A stretch of 32,000 nt of DNA from Gemmata obscuriglobus (GTDB taxonomy: Bacteria; Planctomycetota; Planctomycetia; Gemmatales; Gemmataceae). The translations under genes were made by a program, and so were the position numbers. The DNA lies in NCBI RefSeq assembly GCF_008065095.1, contig NZ_CP042911.1, positions 7,170,001 to 7,202,000 on the forward strand, written 5' to 3'. Each line of letters opens with the position of its first letter. The stretch's first letter is position 1. Below are positions 1 to 7,699 of this stretch, piece by piece. The notes under the pieces were generated by a model that did not search any database, was not told where the DNA came from, and saw nothing but the letters and a program-made list of their open reading frames with translations.

Positions 1-1591
1 CCGCCACCACCGTCAGCGACCGTGTCAATGGGACCAAGTCCTTTTCGACCCGAACCCCCAGCACCGACTTCCCATCCGGCGAAAGCCGCTGCCCATCGAA
101 CCGCTTCTCGGTGAGCAGTTGCGGCTTCAGGGTCGCGACCGGTATCAGGTACGTCCGGCTCGGGTAGACATCATTGAGCGTCATGGTAACCGCCAGCAGG
201 GTTTTCCCGTCGCGCGAGACGTCGACGATCCCGTACCCGGCCGGTAACTCCAGCGGGGCCTTCTTCTTCGTCTTCAGGTCGTACACCCACGTCGCGACCG
301 GCGCCGGCTTGTCCGCCGCCACGTCCTTCACGTCGGGGGGCAGGTGCGACACGTACAGCTTCGTCCCGTCCGGGTGCCACGCGAAGAACATGCACCGCAT
401 GCCGGAAATCAGTGGCTCACCCGGCCCGTCCTTGCTGGCGGGGTCGAAAACGTGCAGGTCGATCGAGGCCCACGGACCGGAGTTCGGAACGAACGGCCCC
501 ACCTTGGTAACCGCGAGGCGGGTGCCGTCCGGCGAGTACCGGGGACGCCACACATGCCCCAGTTCCCCCATCGACAGCCGACGAGCCGGGGTGCCATCGG
601 GTTTGAACACCTCGGCCACGCCATCAGCAGCGTGGAACGAGGTGACGAGCAGTTGCTCCTCGCGTGGCGGCGCGACGCGGACCGGCGCCGGGCGCGCCGC
701 GATCCGGCCGGCGCCCGCACGGGAGACGACCGGCGGGCCGGTGTGTTCGGCCGCTCCGGCGACGGCCAGCGCCACCAGCAGGGCGCTTCCGACCAACGCA
801 ACCTTCCATTTCTCCAGCAGCATGGCTTTGAATCCCCCGTGTGTGAGCGAGGCGACGTGTGGGGGTAGCGCCCCGCCCGCCGCGACCAGTTCGGCCGTGT
901 CAACGGTCCGCCGGATCAGCCGCGGGGGTATGGCCCCGGCGGCCGTACCGGCGGCCAGTTCGATCGCAAGTGCCGCGACGGACAGTGTGATGCCGCGGCG
1001 GGACAGCCGGCCGGCGAGCATCGCCCGCCCCCGGCTCAACCGGGCGGCGATCGTGCCCTCCGGGCACCCCAACTGCCTGGCGGCCTCGGCGTGTGTTCGG
1101 CCCTCAAGGTCGCACAGGAGGATCGCTTCCCGGTACCGGGCCGGCAGACCGCTTAACTCGCGATCAAGGGCCGGTCGGAGGTCGGACGAATCGGGCACCG
1201 GCGGCGCCATCGGTTCCGCGGGCGCCGCCGAGAGCCGCTCGCGCGTGCGCCGCCGGGCCTCCCGCGCGCGGGCCTTGAGCGCGGTGTTGTAAGCGACCCC
1301 GTGCAGCCAGTTCGCCACCCGGTCCCGGGGCGCGACGGCGCTCGCCCGCGCGACGAGGACCAGGAACGTGGCCTGGAAGGCATCTTCAGCGGCGTGATAG
1401 TCGGACAGCAGTCGGCGGCAGACGCCCCACACCATCGCCCCGTGCCGGCGAACCAGATGTGCAAACGCCTCCGCATCGCCGGACCGAACGTAGCGCCCGA
1501 GCAACTCGTCGTCGGACGGTTCGCCGCCGTCCCGGCCCACGACAACCCCGCGGAGCCGGCTGGCGAGTGGACCGGCGTGAGCGTTTATCAT
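1..1591 (-). CDS. ECF-type sigma-70 factor fused to a C-terminal transmembrane segment and a beta-propeller (WD40/PD40-like) extension; the 3' end runs off the window
   Basis: The ORF is absent from the track because it is open to position 1. I checked every minus-frame codon (plus-strand triplets starting at 2,5,...,1589) and found no tta/cta/tca. The ATG at 1591-1589 is preceded by GAGG. The translation starts MINAHAGPLASRL. Region 2 reads DAEAFAHLVRRHGAMVWGVCRRLL..AEDAFQATFLVL. The region 4 HTH reads LPARYREAILLCDLEGRTHAEAARQLGCPEGTIAARLSRGRAML. A hydrophobic WKVALVGSALLVALAVAGAA follows, then blade-like repeats SPDGTRLAV, HPDGTKLYV, SRDGKTLLAV and SPDGKSVLGV. Confidence 0.85.
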   Translation of the reverse strand, partial: MINAHAGPLASRLRGVVVGRDGGEPSDDELLGRYVRSGDAEAFAHLVRRHGAMVWGVCRRLLSDYHAAEDAFQATFLVLVARASAVAPRDRVANWLHGVAYNTALKARAREARRRTRERLSAAPAEPMAPPVPDSSDLRPALDRELSGLPARYREAILLCDLEGRTHAEAARQLGCPEGTIAARLSRGRAMLAGRLSRRGITLSVAALAIELAAGTAAGAIPPRLIRRTVDTAELVAAGGALPPHVASLTHGGFKAMLLEKWKVALVGSALLVALAVAGAAEHTGPPVVSRAGAGRIAARPAPVRVAPPREEQLLVTSFHAADGVAEVFKPDGTPARRLSMGELGHVWRPRYSPDGTRLAVTKVGPFVPNSGPWASIDLHVFDPASKDGPGEPLISGMRCMFFAWHPDGTKLYVSHLPPDVKDVAADKPAPVATWVYDLKTKKKAPLELPAGYGIVDVSRDGKTLLAVTMTLNDVYPSRTYLIPVATLKPQLLTEKRFDGQRLSPDGKSVLGVRVEKDLVPLTRSLTVVA

Positions 1592-1758
1592 GTCGGCACC
1601 TCGGTGACGCCCTCATCGTTACCTACTGTTTCCCGGGCAGGGCGCCGTCCTTGCATTTTTTTCTGCGGAGCCCGTAGACCGACTGCTCGGCACCGCTCCG
1701 ACCGCCGTTCGGCTTGTAACCTGGCGCGGATCGGTCATGCTGGGGACGGAGGTGCGGT

Positions 1759-2505
1759 ATGACGGAAGCAGAGTGGCTAGTAGCGACTGACCCAATGGCA
1801 CTTCTCCGGCATTTAGGGGCCGAGCAGGCAGGTCGGAAATACCTTCTGTACCTTGTCGCTGCGTGTCGGCACATTACCCATCTGTTCCACGCTCCAGCAA
1901 GCGTCGAAGCTGTCGGAATTGCGGAGCGGTATGCCGACGGCGCGGCGGACGGTGAGGAAATGGCAGGAGCCAACGGGATCGCCGAGTCGCCAACGTTCGG
2001 TTTCGACTTCGATGCTGACTTCTACGAACAGTACCCCACACAACGGACGAACCTTCCCCGACTTGTCGAGATGGGGGCACTTGGAGAATCGGTCCTTACC
2101 GGCGGCGAGTGGAGGGTGAACGAACCCGTTTGTAAGCGACTGGCAGCGGCTGCGGAACTGGCTTATCTCACGACGCTCCGGCCGGAACTCAACCGTGGAC
2201 ATTTAAAACGTGTCGAATAGTGTGCCAGTTCCGTTGACCTTTGCTGGCCTAAACGGTGGCTAGTGGATTGCATCTTCGGGAACCCGTTTCGCCCGGTTAC
2301 GTTTTCCCCTTCCTGGCGCACCGACACCGCCCTCGCGCTCGCCCGCCAGATGTACGAATCTCGCGACTTCGGCGCCATGCCCATCCTCGCGGACGCACTT
2401 CAGGACGCCGGGTGCGACAGCCCCGAAGTGCTCGACCACTGCCGGGGTGATGAACCACACGTCCGCGGGTGCTGGGTGGTGGACTTGGTACTCGGCAAGG
2501 GATAA
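1759..2505 (+). pseudogene. Member of a Gemmata/myxobacterial-type paralog family (N-terminal EWL..TDP module plus C-terminal CIFGNPFRP...HVRGCWVVDL module) interrupted by one in-frame TAG
   Basis: Track ORFs 1759..2220 and 2263..2505 share a frame (both 1 mod 3). They are separated only by TAG 2218-2220. The stretch 2221-2262 reads CASSVDLCWPKRWLV without a stop. I recall both halves occurring in one polypeptide in homologs. The region around the stop is locally AT-richer. Confidence 0.55.
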
Positions 2506-2629
2506 CGCACGTTCACCGGCACATTCGAAGGAGATTCCGACAAAATCTCTTCACGCGCCGGGGCGGATACGGTATTATTGATCCGTTTGTTGGCGCGATT
2601 CCGATTCCCTTGTCGCGGAGGACGGTTCG

Positions 2630-3346
2630 ATGGCGCTTCGCGTTCTGCTGTTGACCGGGTGGCTGCTGCTCGGCGTGGGCGCCGCGGTGGCGCACTGGTT
2701 CGGGCCGGGGGTGGACGGGCGCAAGCTCGACCGGGTGGCGCTGCACGTGGCGTCCGCCGAACAGGCGGTGGCGGCCGAGGACTACGCCACGGCGGTCGAG
2801 GCGTTCGACCAGGCGCTCAAGGCGCTGCCGGACGGGCGCGCCGCCGAGGCCCGCAAGCTGCGGCTGGAGAAGGCCAAGGCGCAGATGCTCGCGCAGCAAC
2901 TGACCGAGGCGCACGGTGACCTCCGCACGCTGGTGGACGAGATGGCGGCGGACCCGGCGGCGGACCCGAAGGTGCTGGCCGAGGCCCGGTCCGCGCAGGC
3001 CAACAGCCAGTACTACACCACCTGGCTGATGCGGCTCGAGGGGCTGTCCCGGGACGAGTGGGAGCCGGAGATCGAGGCCGCGCGGCAGAGCTACCGGCTG
3101 CTGGCCGAGCAGGCCGACAAGCGGGGCGACGGGGCCGCGGCGGCGAAGCACCGCGAGGACCTGGAGTCGGCCGTGCGGCTGGCCCGGATGGAGCTGTCCG
3201 AGCTGCAGGGGCTGAACCTGCCGAAGCAGTGCAAGGGGTGCTGTAGCTGCAAGGGGCGCAAGCCCAGCGTCGCCAAGGGGCCGCCCAAGAAGAACGACGT
3301 CCGCAGCGCCGGCGGCGCGCCGCCCCTCGACGATAGCGGGCACTGA
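2630..3346 (+). CDS. Membrane-anchored hypothetical protein: N-terminal TM, helical/TPR-like body, Cys/Lys-rich C-terminal tail
   Basis: ATG 2630 is 7 nt downstream of GGAGGA. The N-terminus LRVLLLTGWLLLGVGAAVAHWF is hydrophobic. Third-position GC is high throughout. The tail contains CKGCCSCKGRKPSVAKGPPKKN. Confidence 0.7.
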   Translation: MALRVLLLTGWLLLGVGAAVAHWFGPGVDGRKLDRVALHVASAEQAVAAEDYATAVEAFDQALKALPDGRAAEARKLRLEKAKAQMLAQQLTEAHGDLRTLVDEMAADPAADPKVLAEARSAQANSQYYTTWLMRLEGLSRDEWEPEIEAARQSYRLLAEQADKRGDGAAAAKHREDLESAVRLARMELSELQGLNLPKQCKGCCSCKGRKPSVAKGPPKKNDVRSAGGAPPLDDSGH

Positions 3347-3389
3347 GCCGCCCTGATCACGTCAGGCTCTCACATCCACCAAGCGACAC

Positions 3390-3411
3390 GGCCCGGGAGT
3401 CATCCCGGGCC
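3390..3411 (+). terminator. Hairpin ggcccggga-gtca-tcccgggcc located 44 nt after the stop of 2630..3346
   Basis: The stem is a perfect 9 bp with a 4-nt loop, followed by gctcgcgttatt. The T-tract is weak. Confidence 0.4.
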
Positions 3412-3659
3412 GCTCGCGTTATTCCGCCGGCTGGCTCGTGCCTTGTGCCCGGCCGGGCGGGCAGAGGTCGGCGCCGCGCCAGTTGATCGTGACGCCCACC
3501 GACTGACGTGGTCGCGGCTAGGTAGTCCGCAGGGCACTCACGCCTTATCCCATGACAGCGGCCGGAGATGCCAGCTCGCCTTACCCGGCCTGCGCCCCTG
3601 TCACCGGGCGGAACTGTTGAATGCACCGCGAATGCCAGTCGCGAACAAAAGACGATTCC

Positions 3660-3698
3660 GGAGCGAGATACGTGGCACCGCCCCCGCGCGGTCGCGGC
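3660..3698. repeat. Second copy (35/39 identical) of the core of the 18532..18616 palindromic element
   Basis: ggagcgagatacgtggcaccgcccccgcgcggtcgcggc here matches ggagcgggatacgtggcaccgctccccggcggtcgcggc at 18561..18599. It lies in a 590-bp spacer between convergent genes. Confidence 0.6.
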
Positions 3699-3856
3699 GC
3701 GCCAAGAAACTACCTACCAGCCGGACCATGAATGAAGGTCGGGGGATGTGCCTGCGCGGTACGGTGCCGGTATCGATCCGCACGCGCTTCGCAGTCTTTC
3801 GTCGCTCGTCATTCGCGTGCCGCGCGGTGCCGGCTCCGGAGGCACGACACGAACGT

Positions 3857-3907
3857 GAGCCCCGCAGCCCCCTTGCACGTCGTTGGGTGCGAGGGGGCTG
3901 CGGGCTC
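3857..3907 (-). terminator. GC-rich hairpin 32 nt downstream of the DUF1579 stop
   Basis: gagccccgcagccccct pairs with agggggctgcgggctc (16 bp with one bulged C). There is no U-tract. Confidence 0.4.
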
Positions 3908-3938
3908 GATCCGTCGCGCGGCCCGTCTCGTCGCCCGA

Positions 3939-4460
3939 TCACTTCTTCCGCTTATAGACGATCGTGAACGCCGGCTCCTTGCCGTCCCCGATGTACATGC
4001 TGAAGTCGATGGTGTTGTCGTCCGGGTACGCGGACACCGACTTGTATTTCGTCGGCTTGCCATCCATGCCCGGGCCGTCGCCGCTCAGCGTCAGCGTCTT
4101 CTTGTCCTTGTCGTAGTCGCCCTCAAGGAGCATCGGCTGCGTGACCATGCTGTCCACCCACACGCCGATGTACTTCTTCTTGGTCGCGTCGTAGGTGTCG
4201 AGGCTCTTGCCGGTGAACTTGGAACCGAACAGCTCGCTCTCCAGCGTTCCGGTGAGCCACAGCCCGCCCAGCTCCATCTTGTAGACCACCGTCCCCTTGG
4301 TCTCCATTCCGCCGAACTTCATCACCAGGTCCCAGTTGCCTTCCATCTTCTTGAGCAACTCGTGCTCCGGGCCGGGCTTGGGGCCGTCCTGGGCTCGCGC
4401 CACCGGCGCCACCAGCGCAACCACCGCCGCCACCGCGCAGAACCGACGCACCGTTTTCAT
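3939..4460 (-). CDS. Secreted DUF1579-family protein
   Basis: Only the last 173 aa of track ORF 3939..4946 look real. They start at ATG 4460: MKTVRRFCAVAAVVALVAPVARA/QD (signal peptide). The following text, HELLKKMEGNWDL..LGGLWL..FTGKSLDTYDATKKKYIGVWVDSM..TIVYKRKK, is typical DUF1579. Confidence 0.85.
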   Translation of the reverse strand: MKTVRRFCAVAAVVALVAPVARAQDGPKPGPEHELLKKMEGNWDLVMKFGGMETKGTVVYKMELGGLWLTGTLESELFGSKFTGKSLDTYDATKKKYIGVWVDSMVTQPMLLEGDYDKDKKTLTLSGDGPGMDGKPTKYKSVSAYPDDNTIDFSMYIGDGKEPAFTIVYKRKK

Positions 4461-4542
4461 CTGGGACACTCCACCAGGGATCGGGCGAAGAGGAGCTTGT
4501 AATTTGCCCGATGAGCGATTGGTAGCTCGGTTGCGGCGCAAA

Positions 4543-4551
4543 AACGAGGCG
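4543..4551. repeat. Left copy of the 9-bp target-site duplication AACGAGGCG
   Basis: Identical 9-mers directly abut the outer ends of both terminal inverted repeats. Confidence 0.8.
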
Positions 4552-4570
4552 GAGGTCACGCCACGGTTTG
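4552..4570. repeat. IS left terminal inverted repeat
   Basis: gaggtcacgccacggtttg is the perfect reverse complement of 6266..6284. Confidence 0.85.
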
Positions 4571-4650
4571 CAGTAGGCCTTGCGGTCCTCGGGGCACGGG
4601 ATAGGAAAAGCGCGGGGCGATTTCGCCGCAACTCTCGTGCGGGGCGAGTC

Positions 4651-6280
4651 ATGAGCACACCGCGTTTCACGGCCGAGGAACTCGACCGCCTTCGAGCACT
4701 GGCGGCGGAGTGGGGCAAAATCGTTTCCAAGCGGGCGTTCGGGGACGACGGGCCGGGATTGGACGTGGACTTCCGGACGATGGAGCAGATCGCCACCGCG
4801 GCGGCACAAGGGCTCACCGAAGGTGCCCTCCAGCAGATGCTCCACCAGCAGGCCCGGAAGGTGCCCGAACAGGTTCCGTGTCCGGTGTGTGGCGAGCCGT
4901 GCCCGACCCGACCACACACCCGCACCCTGGCGGCCCAAGGGGCCACGGTTCAACAGGCCGAACGGATCGCCCATTGTCCCGCCTGCCGGCGGGACTTTTT
5001 CCCCCCTGCGGCTGGCCCTCGGGCTGGATGAGCACGGGTACAGTTCCTCGGTCGTTCAACGCATCGTCACGGCCGCCGCCCGGTTCTCCTCGTTCCGGGA
5101 TGCCGCCGAGGCGGTGCGGATGACCGGGGTCACGATCAGCGACAACCAGGTGCGCCGACTGGCTCACGAGGTCGGGCACGAGTTGATCGCGCGGCGCGAT
5201 CGGAAGGCGGTCGAGCACCGGCGCCGCCAGTTAGAGCCGCGGACCGCGGTGGTGCCCGTGGCCGTGGTGGTCGAGGTCGATGGGGGGCGCATCCGCACCC
5301 GCGCCGCGGGCGCCGGCCCGGGTGTTCACGAGGCCCAGAACAAGGAGGACAAGGTGGCGTGCCTGGCCACCCTGAGTGGCCCCACGTTCGCCACGGACCC
5401 GTGCCCCGAGCCGCCCGAGTCGTTCCGCTGCCCGCGCCGGGTGCGGCGCCTGGTGCAGCAGATGAAGGGCCCGGCGGGCGAGGTCGCGCCCCCGGAAACC
5501 GTGGACGAATCGACGCCCCCGGTGCCGGCCGGGGAACCCGAAGGGGCCGAGCGGTGGTCCCCGACGCGGTTGGTGCGGACGTGCGTGGCGAGCCTGGAGG
5601 GGAGTACCGCGTTCGGCCCGATGATGGCCGCCGAGGCCCAGGAGCGGCGCTTCTATGAGGCCCCGCGTCGGGCGTTCGTAGCCGACGGTCAGGCGTACAA
5701 CTGGACCATCTGGCGCGGGTACTTTGGTGCGTTCGAGCCGATCGTGGATTTCCTGCACGCGGTGTGTTACGTGTTCTCGTCGGCCGCGGCCGTGAGCCCC
5801 GATGAGGCGTCGGGTTGGTCCCAATACGTGGCCTGGATGCGCGCGTGCTGGCAGGGTCGCGTTGGAGAAGTGCTCACCGAACTGGATCAGTGGCAGGCGC
5901 GGCTGGGTGAGCCCCCACCGGGTGAGGCGGCGACGGCCGAGGAGCGCCGGGACCCGCGCCGGGTGGTGGCGCACGCGCGGACCTACTTGGGGAACAATCG
6001 GGATCGCATGGCGTACCCGCGATACCGGCGCAACGGGCTACCGACGACGAGTAGCTTGGTCGAGTCACTGGTGGGCGAGATCAACGCCCGGGTGAAGAGC
6101 ACACAGAAGCATTGGACCCGGCCCGACGGTGCCGAATCGATCCTGCAACTGCGGGCCGCCGTGCTGAGCCAAGACGACCGGCTCCCACGGTTCTTCGCCG
6201 AACGGCCGGGCTCCTCGTTCCGCAAACGAGATACACTCTGCCACAAATCAGAGGGTGCCACAGCACAAACCGTGGCGTGA
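4651..6280 (+). pseudogene. IS transposase (Zn-finger N-terminus plus DDE-type core) split by a +1 frame change at a T5C6 run
   Basis: Frame A runs from ATG 4651: MSTPRFTAEEL...CPVCGEPC...CPACRRDFFP, with a stop at 5029-5031. Frame B continues PLRLALGLDEHGYSSSVVQRIVTAAARFSSFRDAAEAV...YLGNNRDRMAYPRYRRNGLPTTSSLVESLVGEINARVK and stops at 6280. Removing one base from ttttt/cccccc (4996..5006) joins DFFP to LRLALGLD. Confidence 0.8.
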
Positions 6281-6284
6281 CCTC
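6266..6284. repeat. IS right terminal inverted repeat (contains the transposase stop codon)
   Basis: caaaccgtggcgtgacctc is the reverse complement of 4552..4570. Confidence 0.85.
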
Positions 6285-6293
6285 AACGAGGCG
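6285..6293. repeat. Right copy of the 9-bp target-site duplication AACGAGGCG
   Basis: It is identical to 4543..4551. Confidence 0.8.
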
Positions 6294-6406
6294 CGCGAAG
6301 GTGCCCGATTTCTTTCGAGCGCCGCCCCCCTGTGAAACCGACGCTTGGTGGGCCGCGTCGGCGCAATTGCGGTCGGCTACGGCCGTCACGCCGCGCGAGC
6401 CGGCCG

Positions 6407-7285
6407 TCAGTGGTCCGGGTTGTAAAGGCGGACGCGGGGGCCGTGCCCGGCGAGGGGGAGGTGTTCGTACTCGCGCGGCAGCCCCGACCCGCTCGCGGCG
6501 GGCGCCGCTTCCGACTCGAGCTGCCCGTCGGCCAGTTCGAACACGCGGTCGGCGTAGGAGGTGAGGCGCGGGTCGTGCGTGACGACGAGCACCATCGCGC
6601 CGCGCTCGCGGGCCGTCTCGGTGAGCAGGTTAATGACCTGCTGGCCGTTCTCCCAGTCCAGCGCGCTGGTGGGCTCGTCGGCGAACACGAGCGCGGGGTT
6701 CTTGACCAGCGCGCGGCCGATCGCGACCCGCTGCTTCTCCCCGCCCGACATCTCCGCCGGCCGCAGGTGCGCTTTCCGGGACAGCCCGAGCTGCCCGAGC
6801 ACGCGGTCGGCGCGGTCGCGGGCCTCGCGGGCCGAGCACCCCTCGCCCCACTTGAGGACGATCTCGAGCTGCTCGCGGGCGGTGAGCGCGGGGAACAGGT
6901 TGTACCCCTGGAAGATGTACGAGCAGTGCCGGAGCCGGAACCGCTCCATCTCGTCCTCGCCCATCTGCCACACGCTCCGGCCCAGCGCGCCGACCGCCCC
7001 GGCGTCCGGGCGCAGCAGCCCCGACAGCACCGCCAACAGGGTGGACTTCCCGCTCCCGGACGGTCCCATGAGGAGGTTCAGCTCGCCCGGGCGGAAGTCG
7101 GCCGACACGCCCTTCAGCGCGTAGGACCGCGTGTCGCCGGTGCCGAACGAGCGGAACAGCTCCTCCCCCTTCAGCGCCGGTTCGGGCTTGCACACCACCG
7201 CGGGGGCGGCTCGCAGCGCGAGCCGGTCGCTCCCGTGGGGCTCTGCGCGGAACAGGCGGCCGAGGTAACGGGACAATGGAATCAT
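6407..7285 (-). CDS. ABC transporter ATP-binding protein (MacB/LolD/FtsE-like)
   Basis: Motifs present are Walker A GPSGSGKST, signature MSGGEKQR, Walker B LVFADEPTSALD and H-loop VVTHD. The preferred start is ATG 7285 (MIPLSRY), preceded by GGAGGATCC. The track ORF extends to 7387. Confidence 0.9.
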   Translation of the reverse strand: MIPLSRYLGRLFRAEPHGSDRLALRAAPAVVCKPEPALKGEELFRSFGTGDTRSYALKGVSADFRPGELNLLMGPSGSGKSTLLAVLSGLLRPDAGAVGALGRSVWQMGEDEMERFRLRHCSYIFQGYNLFPALTAREQLEIVLKWGEGCSAREARDRADRVLGQLGLSRKAHLRPAEMSGGEKQRVAIGRALVKNPALVFADEPTSALDWENGQQVINLLTETARERGAMVLVVTHDPRLTSYADRVFELADGQLESEAAPAASGSGLPREYEHLPLAGHGPRVRLYNPDH

Positions 7286-7650
7286 CGCGGGAGGATCCTC
7301 CGTGTTCGTGGGGTGCGGCGTCAAGATGAGGAGCGGGGGGCACGTGCGAGGTGCGGCGGTGGTGGCTCCTTCCCTGTTAATCGGCACTCCGGCCGAGGCG
7401 CGCTAAACGAGAGTGAGCGCGAAAGCGGGGCGAATTCGGGTGGACTCGGCTAACATCGGTCGCGTCTTTATGCGATCAAAAGGAGACTACGGCAACCATT
7501 TCGCGCGCTTTTAATCAACATTTCCGCTCGTCAATTCGCCCTCGATCGCGGCGGAAAAGGCGAATTCCGTTCGCAACTTCCTTGTGATTCACCGCTTGCG
7601 CCACAGCGCGTGTTGTGCCGAAGGAAACGGTTGTGCGCATCGGGCTGGTA

Positions 7651-7659
7651 CCCCCCCCC
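7651..7659. repeat. C9 homopolymer 41 nt upstream of the mfd start
   Basis: The sequence reads ggta-ccccccccc-tggcgg and is followed by TAGAAT at 7672..7677. Confidence 0.9.
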
Positions 7660-7699
7660 TGGCGGACATTAGTAGAATGGGCGGTTGGAGGGACCTCTC

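Larger units (their letters stand above)
4552..6284 (+). mobile_element. Insertion sequence, 1733 bp, ISKra4-like transposase family (family assignment from memory)
   Basis: A perfect 19-bp inverted repeat bounds the element: GAGGTCACGCCACGGTTTG at 4552..4570 and its reverse complement at 6266..6284. It is flanked by the direct repeat AACGAGGCG (4543..4551 and 6285..6293). One transposase gene fills the interior. Confidence 0.85.

Noticed and set aside
174-1292. A 372-aa plus-strand ORF and its neighbours (344..868, 409..903)
   Set aside because: They are shadows of the minus-strand ECF sigma/propeller gene, which has clear sigma region 2 and region 4 motifs.
1606-1633. An ECF-type promoter-like motif GGAAAC-N18-CGTC upstream of the sigma gene (minus strand)
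   Set aside because: The spacer is 1-2 nt longer than usual, and the -10-like CGTC would leave only about 15-20 nt of leader. I cannot support this without a mapped start site or a group-specific consensus.
4461-4946. The N-terminal extension of ORF 3939..4946 and the ORF 4123..4974
   Set aside because: The DUF1579 protein starts with an obvious signal peptide at ATG 4460. The extension crosses into the IS left end.
4980-5031. A programmed -1 ribosomal frameshift in the IS transposase
   Set aside because: The required shift is +1, not -1. There is no A-AAA-AAG-type slippery heptamer and no obvious downstream structure. A mutation or a homopolymer sequencing error is the simpler reading. This is kept as a finding to check.
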